DNA of 63,384 nt, filler included, from Asterionella formosa (Eukaryota), in NCBI GenBank assembly GCA_002256025.1. It is 17 parts of 17 records of this genome, joined end to end, with 100 filler letters (N's around TTAATTAATTAA, not from the genome) between each part and the next. Parts side by side here need not be neighbours in the genome. Positions count along the whole stretch, not along the records: positions 21,206 to 42,306 come from NKIB01003101.1; 16 more parts are not named here. One strand, 5' to 3'. Both the position numbers and the translations under genes were made by a program. Below the pieces are notes generated by a model. It was not told where the DNA came from. It worked only from the letters and a program-made list of their open reading frames with translations, and searched no databases. Shown one piece after another: positions 25,228 to 35,441 of the stretch (the first letter of the stretch is position 1; each line of letters begins with the position of its first letter).

Positions 25228-27038
25228 CTATCGCTTCTTTCGACCACCGCCCACTCGTTTACTATCACTTCCTGCTACCACCATATTAGCCGTACTTGGG
25301 CCACTATGGATATTACTGCCATCTTTGCGGGCTGCAACATCTAACTTGGCAGCATCTCTTTCATTTGCTCCAGCTCCTTGACTTCCTTTGTTCGCGTTGT
25401 TGTGACGTCGGTTCTTTCGACCTGATCGTTCGTATTTAGGAATCCAACGTTCCGCATCTACAGGACGAACGATTGTGCTTTGAGTGGTCATTTTCCGGAG
25501 ATATTGTTCTCGATGCTTGGCCCGCTGACGTAAAATAGATTCAGGGGACTTTTTCGTTTTCGTCGTTGCATTGTTGAGAACCATGGTTTGTTGCTGTTGG
25601 AAGGACTTTACCTTTGGTAATGGGGCCATTTCCAAGGCTTGACCATCATGATTGCTTGATGATGTTGTTTCCATAATTGTTGGGTCCAATTTCAATTCAT
25701 TCCAAATATTGGTCGCCTTGGTGACTTGACCCATGGCGAGTAAAGCTTGGACATAATTGACTCTACTAATGACATCTGTTTTTGCTTCCAGCAATTCACA
25801 GGCTTCTTTGTAGAGTCCTTTGGACATGTAATAATGAATAAAGGCGGAAGGGTCGTGATTCAGTAATTCCTGTGCCTTGTCTTCTTGTCCCAACTGTTGG
25901 TACAAACTAGCCATCGTCGCGACAACGCCTGGCTTCGCTTGCATGGATGGCGGAAGTTGTTGCAAAGTTTGCAATTGTTCATTGGCCTTTACAGTATTCG
26001 GTTTGTCTTCTTGAATCGTACAAAGATGGAGGAGGATGGTAGTAATGGCGTGATCCAAGATATCATTGTTAGTAACCTGTTGTTGTCGTTTCTGATGTTC
26101 GCGTAAGGTAACCAATCGTTGGTCCAACAATTGTATTGCCTCCGATTTTTTGCCTTGATGATTCAGCATATGTGCTTCAACGACTGTGACAAGTGCCTTC
26201 CACCAATGTTCGTCATCCTTGAAGCGTGTCGGGGCGACTGGCAGCTCCAGTCCCTTTTTGTTGTTGGTCCCCAAAGTGCCCAGCAACGCTTGACAAGCTT
26301 CCTTGCAAACGTCCAACTTGTTTGACTTGATCCCCGAAATGGCCCGATTGTAATAATATAATTTACGTTGGAGCGGTGAAAAGGTTTCGAGTTGATTTTG
26401 ATCCAGTTGCATTGGTTGTTTTTGAGTATTAATTTGAACTACGGTTGCAACTTGTGCGTTAGCTGTGGATTTGGTTGGATATTCTTCCACAATATTCCCC
26501 GTCGTCCAATGAGTTGACCATGCCAAGTTGGCTTGAATGGTTGATTTGTCATTGATAGTGGTTGCATGGACCTGAGCTTGCTGCAACAAGGCCCGAGCAA
26601 TCCCACAATGCTGTCCAGTCAATACGTAGTGTGTTCCTAGATTGTATGCCAAATCATATGGATACAACTCATCGTCGTCATTGCCATGGTCATTTTTGGT
26701 GGAATCTATGAGTGCCTGAGCTTTTGTGATAATATAGTTGTCTTCCGGTGGCTGACAACTGGTGCTGGTGGTGCTCTGAGTAACGGGAGTCACGTTGCTG
26801 GTCAAGACGGCCATGGCGTTGGTCAATATTTCCATTTGCTCTTGACTGACGTTGTTATCTTTGCTGCTCTGCAGCATGGTGAAATAGCGCTCTATCGCTT
26901 GGTTAGTGTCATTGGAACGAAACAGACTTTGTGCCAGGACCTGCTTTCCCAAAGGATCGTCCTCGCAGGCAGAGGCCGCCGCCAATGCGTACTTCTTCTG
27001 TCGGTACAAGGCGTAGGCCTTGAGGGAGGACTTGTTGT

Positions 27039-27070
<32 letters not shown>

Positions 27071-27297
27071 GAGCAAATGGCAACGGCGCGGCTATAGTCT
27101 TCCAACCACAAGCAGGCCTTGGCTTGCACTTGCGTCACAGTCTCACGCAGCGACGCTGGAATTCCATCCACAGCAAGCAACCGCTCGCATTGCGGAAGGA
27201 GCTCTCCATATGATTCTTCCTGGATGGAGATTTCGAGGGAACGAAGCACTTCCACCCACTCGAGTTGAGCTGCGGTTGCGGTTGTGGTTGCTGTCAT
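25228..27297 (-). CDS. SRP72: Signal recognition particle subunit SRP72
   Basis: TPR-like body (KAYALYR, LAQSLFR, YDLAYN); C-terminal RNA-binding motif PVDAERWIPKYERS then GSQG and a basic tail. ATG 27297 chosen as likely start. Confidence 0.9.
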
Positions 27298-28448
27298 GGC
27301 TGATGAGGATGAAATGTCAACCAATGTGAAAAAAATATTACCGTACAAAAATATTATATGAAAATCCGTACGCATACCGGTATATATATACAGGTAGTTT
27401 TAGAGCCAATACTTGGGTGTACCACGTACTGACTGTTCAGGACGTGTTGGTGTCTAGTACTGGTACAAGAACTGATACTAGTACTACTACCACCAGCATT
27501 TGTTGGAGGACCGCCACCCGGTATATTCCATGAAGAGCAATGTGCGGTTGTGGTCCACTCCAGAGTAATTGTTTACATGTCGCTGATGGGTGCAGCCCAA
27601 AAGCACAATGGGTAGCCGCTCATAGTTTGTAGCATTCTAGATAGTTAGCCTATTAAAACGAAATTTAATGTTGCATTCAAAAGAGGTAGATCCTCATATT
27701 TGATGTTCTTCTGAACTCTCTACACTAAGAATTTCAGCCATGTACAAAATATATTGATAATTTCATTCAATCATCCTCATTGTCAATGCAAAAATAGGAT
27801 AATTGTGAATGTCCAAGACCATGATTCACTCCACCTTCTGCTTTCTTCTGTTCTCCTTGCAATAGAAGTGTCACTCCATTATGTCAGTATCTTTTAATGG
27901 ATTGACAGAATCCCAGCATGCTGAACTGTCATCATTGCAATGGCTAAGTTGCTTATGCTTTTTGCACAACATTCCTGGAGCTTGATTTCTGACAAAAGTG
28001 GCTGCACAGTACAATAGAACAAACTCTTTCTAACAAGAAATCAATAGTATTGAACCCTACCAAAGAATCAATAATGGCTGCTCTTTTGTTGTATCAGTGA
28101 AAATGACAGGTTAAGGAATACAGTACGCACATGAGTGATGAAATATATGGATTCCAACAAGTCAAGGATCAATAGTTTTAGTGATTAGAAACCAAGACAT
28201 GCAATGCTTACTTATTGACAAATCAAATTAACAAGATCTAGGTTAGTGTGAGATGTCTTGTTCAGGATTACATGAGTAATCAGGAAAGAACAAGACTAGA
28301 TAGACTATTGACAGATAGCTCACAATGTTACAAAGTGAAAAAATATGTTTTCAGCTTTAGTGATCTTAAAAGTAAAATCTGTGATATTCTCAACGAATAA
28401 AGCTAGACAATTTAACTCGTTTTAAAACAAACCAAGAGGTCTAGAGAC

Positions 28449-28935
28449 ATGGTTGGGGATGATGAGAAATCAGGTGAGACTGTTTGCTTGATCAAGTTTT
28501 ATGGAAACAAGACTTCTTGGCATGATTGGAGTATCAAGACTCTTCAGCTTGTTGCAAAATCTAAAGGTCTATGGCATGCGTAGTATGCCAAAAACACAAA
28601 GCCCATTGACAATGATGCCTATCTGGTGTCAACTGATGATGACAAGAAGAAGATGACGTATGAGTTGAATGACAAGGCATGCATACTATCAACTATTGAT
28701 TCTTAGTGTCAGTGGGATTGTATTTAGGATTGTTAAGCAACTCAGCCAAGACAGATGGTTCTTTGATGGGCAGGTGGAGATGCTTTTCTTGCCTGGCACT
28801 ATGCTCCTCATCAAGTCAGCACTGAATTGATTCAGCTAACAGGCAAATTCAATGATTGTACTTTGGAGAGTACTAAGAAAGTGGACCCAGATGAATGATT
28901 CATTGCTCTTGATAACATCAGGAACAGTATGTATC
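28449..28935 (+). mobile_element. Decayed Copia gag fragment
   Basis: Broken frames: FYGNKTSWHDWSIKT, LILSVSGIVF, GDAFLAW, LIQLTGKFNDCTLES...DPDE. Confidence 0.6.
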
Positions 28936-29426
28936 AACCATTTGGACTTGAACGATTTTCGTCGGCTCAATTGCCCTATTGTGCAGCTTGCTTTAAGCTA
29001 CGGATTTATTTGTATATTTTATGTATGTGTATAGAAAGATTAAAACTGGCAACTACATTTAGAATACGGTTTAGAAACCTGTTACTCCCTCTTGTACCCC
29101 TGGTACCAGTTTCAGGTAAACTCCCTCTGAATTATACATCTGCTTTGCAATGTAGAGGTACGTATTGACTACAGGTACCGGTATCCCGGAATACCACAGG
29201 GTGCTTTACTGCTGTTTACAGACTCAACAAAGCAGCAACCGTACCGGTAATAGGACAGGCTGACACATCGCAGTCCTCGTGTTCCCTTCTCTTCCCAGCT
29301 TTATAGCTAATACGACAATACGAATCCTCCAGACCAATATCATACATGCCTGAGCGCTCGTCGCTCACTCGAACATTGATTGATTAATAACCCTCACAGA
29401 AACGACAACAAAGCGAAGCACACACA

Positions 29427-29591
29427 ATGGCCCCTCCAAGTACAGGCAATTCGTCGTCCTCCTCCTCCGACTCTGCGACTGGAGCTCCTTCTACTTCTAA
29501 TTCTGTCAAACCTCCCTCTAGCGCCCTATTGCAATTGCTCTCGCCAGATGGGTACTACACTTATTTGAACGTTCCCAAAGTGGAGGATACC

Positions 29592-29625
<34 letters not shown>

Positions 29626-30604
29626 TCGATGAAGAGTTAATCAAAAAGAATTACCGAAAGTTATCCCTGAAGCATCATCCAGACCGACCTGATGGCGATG
29701 CGGAAACATTCCATGTGCTGAATCGGGCTCAGAAGGTACTACTTCATCCGAAAATGCGTCAACAGTACGATTTACTAGGAATTGATTTAGATGAAGAAGA
29801 TGAAGATAAACCAGACGACTCTCACGGCAACGATGACAACAACACTGGGACAACCAATAACAGCACCAACAATTCCTCATCGTCGTCAGGACCAGAAACC
29901 GTTATATCACACATCGCGAGTGCTACATTAGCAACCATCTTGCAAGTTATGGTTCGGACAGGTGAGTGACATGATGTGATTGTTGTATCTATACTTTCGA
30001 AATCTTTTTCTTAAGTACTCATCGTGATCTTTTTTCATTTCTTGACTAATACCAAAAAAATTCTATTCTAGCAATGATGGGATTGACGGCAGTAATCTTG
30101 GTACGCTACAGAATCCTGTTATTCCCTGCAGTGGCCTTTTTAGTCTTTGTTGCCTACCGTGTCCATTTCGTTACTGCATTGAATGCCACCAGTAGGAATA
30201 GTATGGAAACCTTGTCCCCATTGATGATTGGGGTAGGACTAGTACTCATGTACAGAGGGAGATCGGGAAAATTGGAGTGGAGCCAAGGATTTTGGATTGG
30301 TGAAGCTCTTGTACTGACAATGTTTTCCTTCAACTCTGTACCGGCACAACGGACACCAGCCATGGGCATTTTGTTCAGTGCAGTAAGCTTTCTTCTGACA
30401 TTTTGGTTGGGAGGAAAATTATGGAGGTATGTCACAGTGCTGGGAGTAGAAGCTCTCATTGCCATCATGTGTGCCTTGGCTTTTCCGATCATGGAATTGA
30501 TTTTGGAACAAATAATGATGGAAAAGTTGAAAAAGGTGGGCGCGAAAATTCGACTACAAAATGAACGGTATCAAGCCTATTATGCGGCACATCCAGTGTC
30601 CTGA
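29427..30604 (+). CDS. J-domain (DnaJ) protein with C-terminal transmembrane segments; exons 29427-29961 and 30072-30604 (355 aa)
   Basis: YYTYL...IKKNYRKLSLKHHPDR...RQQYD J-domain. Phase-1 intron 29962-30071 (GTGAGT...CTAAT...TAG) joins the two ORFs in frame. Confidence 0.92.
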
Positions 30605-31554
30605 TGCAAAGGATGTCTTCTTTAGTTAAAATTACATGTCATTCAAGCTAGCTAGTGTGTAAGTTTGGATGAATGGGAGCATTTTTATGTCTCCCCTTGC
30701 ATGTTGATTCTTACATTCTGAAAATCACTTGGACATTATCTCAACTCTTGGCTTGGCTACAGAATTAGTCGTTCTATTCATGATGGACAATTTTTTCCAT
30801 GTGGCTGGCTAGTTGGATCATCATCAAAGGGAGTACACCAGGGGATGCTCCCATACTGTTTTCCCCAAATAATGATAATATTCATAATTTTTCATGTGGC
30901 ATTTCATTCTTAGACTTAATTGCCGCTCTTTGAGCCAAGCTGTGTATCAGCTTGTCAATTGCAATGGGTCCATATTTTGCTCATTCTTGTCATATTTCTT
31001 CGTTAACATGTCTGCTATCAACAGCGTAGAATTACCAGAATATTGGTCAAATAGAATCACAATCTTGTAATTAGTAGGATTCGATGCATTTAAATATCAG
31101 CAGCATTTTCAAACTGCTGTAAACCATATCAATTGATTATAGTTCTTGAAGCATCATTTCTTGTTCTCCCTTTTTCAAAATGGACTAGGAAGGGACTCCA
31201 AAGCAATGGTTTCTTAGTTCACTAAAATATTCCTCTATAGCTGCATTACTCTGGACTTGAGGCAGGGCCATTGCTTCTGTTTGCCAGAACTATTCCAGCC
31301 AGCCAGTTTTCCTGTCAATAACTTTTATAAAAATGCTTTCTTGAAACATGCATGGCTCATCTGTAACCTTGAAAACTAGGCGTTATTTGTATGTACCAAA
31401 GCTCAATTGGTTGCCCATTGTCATGGAGGGATGTTCTCAGCTCTAAGGAAAATGAAGCAGTAGTTAGCTAGCTAGCTAGCAAGCTAGTATTAGTAGTAGA
31501 ATTCCACAACTCAACTTATTAGTAGTTTCCAATGGCTGATGCTATAACTGGTCA

Positions 31555-31790
31555 AAGCAGCCACAACAGCAACAATAGCAACAAAAGCAACAAAAGCAAC
31601 AAAAGCAACAAAAGCAACAATAGCAACAAAACAGCAACAATAACAGCAACAATAACAGCAACAATAACAGCAACAATAGCAGCAACAATAGCAGCAACAA
31701 TAGCAACAACAGCAACAACAGCAACAATAGCAGCAACAGCAATAACAGCAACAACAGTAACAACAGCAGCAACAAGAAGAAGAAGACAAG
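31555..31790. repeat. Compound CAA/CAG/TAA-rich low-complexity repeat
   Basis: AGCAACAAA, ACAGCAACAATA and GCAGCAACAATA units; source of spurious poly-L, poly-C and TATI ORFs. Confidence 0.9.
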
Positions 31791-31880
31791 AAAAACATAA
31801 ATGACAGAGCACAGTGGCTGATGAGCAACATGATTTGGCATTTGGATACCGGTAGATAGGGTTACAGTTAATTGACAGGC

Positions 31881-33566
31881 ATGCTAATTTTTGTAGGCCC
31901 CGCCGACAGATTCCAGGATCCACCACGCACAGCCAGAATGCAAAATTGTCGGGAACTAAAGCAAACGACAATGAAGCCATCATCGTCAACTTCAGAGGAT
32001 TATGATACCCGGCCATCGTTCAACTACCATGAGCGCATAGTGGTGACAACAACAGAGCAAGTGCTACTCGAATCGCTGGCTGTGTTGGAGTACAACAATA
32101 AGGACGAGAAACGAGCTCTCACAACTCCATTTCCGTCGACTGTCCAACAGTTGCTCAAGAAGTTCTCAGCGACTCGAGTTCTACTGCAAGCCAGCAGCAA
32201 GCCGCACAATGAGCACCGTTTGGCTGATGGAGATGCTGCTGCACTGCTGCAGTTAGCACCCCGGGGTCCATCTGGAGTCTTGGTGCAAGTAGAGTGGATG
32301 AACGAGACAGTGGGATCGCACAGCAACCATGCAACGATCGAGCGATTCCTCGCACTGCTCGAGCAATTGCAGCACCATAGAATTCTAGTAGCGCCGCTTC
32401 AGTCCGTCACTCAACAAAGATTGCATAGACACCACTACGTACTGGCCAATCAGACAACCATTTTTGTTGTATTACCAATGGAGGGATCAGCCATGGCGGC
32501 GGAGGGACTCCGATCATTAGGCCGTCAAACGTCGTGTCCTCCGAACACGGGGATTTGGAACTTGGCGAATCCCACGGAGTACAGCAAAAAGATGCTGCAT
32601 GGAGTCATCAGCAACAAGGTGAATAGTCGAAGATCCATTTGGATAGAATTGCAAGCATCTCGCGACTGTTTCCTTGGCACAGCAGAAGGACGTTGTCAGA
32701 TGCAACACACCGTTGGTATGGTGTATGGGCATGAATCCGATCAAACTTCACTAGCGCAGCTACTGCCTGGAACTCACTTTCGGCCATGCCCATTTGTCAA
32801 TGAGACACAGGTACTCCTGCCAGATTCAAAGAGGCTGACCTTGACAAACACGACGAACTGGAGTGCTCCACTTTGGAACAAAGGGATGACCTTGAGGCAA
32901 GTGTCACGATCACTATTGACTCTGACCAAGACGATCATTCGACCCAATGGAATGGCGAATTCAGGCACACTTCAAACAATTGTAACTAGTGCCAACTACA
33001 CTGGTTCCATCAACATCCTTGATGTTATCCCAACAACCTACATTCGACCCAAATGGACTACATTGCGCGTTGATGGGGTTCTGACATCAAATAAAACCAT
33101 TAAACAATCAGGTGGGGCTATTGAGATGAGAAACTACCTCGTTCTACAACCTTTCACCACAGTCATCATTTCTCTGGAATACGCGCCCATTCTGTTAAAC
33201 TTTCAACTCTTTCCAGCAGATCCTAATCGAGGCATCGAAGTGCCTCCCAGTTTATTATTCGCCGCAGAGGGTAGCATTACACTGTATTCTAATTCGCTCC
33301 TACTACTGCCACCTCTCCCAGACATGTCAATGCCATTCAATGTGATTTCCCTGACTTGCACACTTTATGTCTTTGTGATTGGTAGCATCGTCAATATGCT
33401 CGTGAAACGAGCCTCCGAAAAGATGAAACATGCCTTGAATCCTCCTGCTAAGAGCAGCCGTGGTGTGCACATGATTCGAGAAAAGATACAAAGGATATGG
33501 AAGAATATGACAGGATCTATTGTTGGACATGGAGCAGATACTGGTACAAAGGAAAAACAGCAGTAG
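31881..33566 (+). CDS. PIGT: GPI transamidase subunit PIG-T/Gpi16
   Basis: RGPSG, FPADPNRGIEVP and LPDMSMPFNVISLTCT followed by a TM helix and basic tail. Start uncertain. Confidence 0.88.
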   Translation: MLIFVGPADRFQDPPRTARMQNCRELKQTTMKPSSSTSEDYDTRPSFNYHERIVVTTTEQVLLESLAVLEYNNKDEKRALTTPFPSTVQQLLKKFSATRVLLQASSKPHNEHRLADGDAAALLQLAPRGPSGVLVQVEWMNETVGSHSNHATIERFLALLEQLQHHRILVAPLQSVTQQRLHRHHYVLANQTTIFVVLPMEGSAMAAEGLRSLGRQTSCPPNTGIWNLANPTEYSKKMLHGVISNKVNSRRSIWIELQASRDCFLGTAEGRCQMQHTVGMVYGHESDQTSLAQLLPGTHFRPCPFVNETQVLLPDSKRLTLTNTTNWSAPLWNKGMTLRQVSRSLLTLTKTIIRPNGMANSGTLQTIVTSANYTGSINILDVIPTTYIRPKWTTLRVDGVLTSNKTIKQSGGAIEMRNYLVLQPFTTVIISLEYAPILLNFQLFPADPNRGIEVPPSLLFAAEGSITLYSNSLLLLPPLPDMSMPFNVISLTCTLYVFVIGSIVNMLVKRASEKMKHALNPPAKSSRGVHMIREKIQRIWKNMTGSIVGHGADTGTKEKQQ

Positions 33567-34254
33567 CTGTGAGCCAATATGTGGGTGCTGAAAATTACCA
33601 AGTGTCCGAAATGCTGTTGGAATGAGTGGTTGGCACCTGTTGAAGGAAGTGATGCTCGAATTCATTTGCATGATGCATGGTTTAGTGTTTCCATTTGATT
33701 GTTGGCACCAGGAATAGTGCTATGGCAATTGTCAAAGAAGAATAGAGAAGCATTACCTCATTATATCTATAGGAATATTACAAACGAATTCTTATTCAGT
33801 ACAAACTAGTGATGGTATTATGTTTCTCCAGTTTTATCGTAAGGTCTAAAAACTCATCAAGAACAATAACCATTTTATGTCCCGCCTCAGTAGAACATTA
33901 TTTGGTAGAGTTTTTGATCTTCTCTCCCGTTTTCTGGGATCTCCGGCGTTCAAAAGATAAAAGCTACTGGCCAGTACCACTGGTTCCTCGTTTACACCTG
34001 CACATCAAGGTTGTAGTCATTGTGATGTTTCCATTTTTTGCTACCAATTTCAGAGGAAAAGACACAAAAACCTCATATCATGGCCAACAATTCGCATATG
34101 TACCGTCAATCAAAAGAGTGTAATGACCATCAAGGAAGGCTGTGTTACTCTATGGTTGCAACAGTGAGGACAAGGAAAGAAAGGGCTGTGATTGTGTTGG
34201 CTGAATAATTTTGATTAGTTATTTATACCAAAATATTTGCGCCACAATTTCAGA

Positions 34255-34327
34255 TCTCTGTTAGCTCAGTTGGTAGAGCGCGGGACTGTTAATCCTGAGG
34301 CCGTAGGTTCGATCCCTACACAGAGAG
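34255..34327 (+). tRNA. tRNA-Asn (GTT)
   Basis: Cloverleaf: acceptor TCTCTGT/ACAGAGA, D-arm GCTC/GAGC, anticodon GTT at 34288-34290, T-arm GTAGG-TTCGATC-CCTAC; no encoded CCA; T-run terminator follows. Confidence 0.97.
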
Positions 34328-35214
34328 ATTTTCTTTTTTCTATTTGCCGTGGTCATTACCGTATACTTCACTGTCCTGGACCTATGGTTGCTGGATCCCC
34401 CTGTACATTTTTTCTCGAGGTGGAACCAAACACCCAATAAATTTCTTGTCATAGACAAAGTAACGTGCTATAATTCTTTTTGTCCTCGTTGGCACTGGTA
34501 CATAATTATTTAGCTACGATTTTGCGATTCTTTTGTGCATACAAAACACAAGAGACGACAGGTAGTGGCGGTGAGCAGCTGGAGAATCCTTCATGATGTT
34601 GTCGCAACCTTGACCATGTCAAAAATACGAATTATCTCCACGAAAATAGAGAACGATGCTTTGCTACTTGCTACCTGTATTAAGAACGACATGGAAAAGA
34701 CAATCGTAAAAGAAGTAAAGTAATAACACTAATAATGACAACGAAAATTGAGATCGCCGATAACAACATGAAGTCGCGTCTTTCTTGCGAGGTGAAGAAC
34801 TCTCTCATTTTTCACATCACGGAAATAATTGTCAAATTAATACATCTTGGAAAAATGCGCGCTATCCTGTAGAACTAAAGAAATTTACTTAGATCCATTA
34901 AAAGGGAAATCTCTTCATTGTCCGGGGCCCTCAAGTAAAATCAGTCAAATTCAGTCACGGCAGTGTACATTGGGGGTTCAGGACAATGAAATACGGGTAC
35001 TTTCAAGATAAAATATTTACCGTTACGGCTTGACAGAATATTTTTTTAAATAGCACGCGAACTAAATTTTCTTTGAGTGTAGCTAACATCAAGAGGGTGC
35101 CACACTTTCTATTTGAGGAGATCCCATAACTGAACAAATTTCGCTTCGTTCTTTAGTAATCAAATATTTCGCTCGTTTGTTTCTATCATGGTATTTATGC
35201 ATGGATCCGAGCGT

Positions 35215-35441
35215 CGACTACATTGTCCTGTTATAATCCAGAGTGCAGAATCATTGCTCTAGTCATCTAGGTCAAACTGCTTCAACCCTTTAAGTAGTTC
35301 GATGATAGGTTTCCTTGCTGTTATCGACATTGTGATAGTGTTACTTATAATTCAGTGAGATGAATCATAGCTCTAGTCATCAAGGTCGAACTGCTTCAGC
35401 CGTTTACGAAGCTCGATGATAGGTTTCCTTGCTGCTATCGA
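35215..35441. repeat. ~114-bp tandem duplication of the last 23 codons and 3' flank of the DHH/CBS gene
   Basis: 35248-35327 aligns without gaps to 35362-35441; weaker similarity extends leftwards. Confidence 0.9.

Noticed and set aside
31511..32016. Poly-Leu, poly-Cys and TATI ORFs
   Set aside because: Translations of a microsatellite.
25228..33566. SRP72, membrane J-protein and PIG-T as an ER-biogenesis cluster
   Set aside because: Mixed orientation with an intervening Copia relic; three housekeeping genes can neighbour by chance without synteny evidence.
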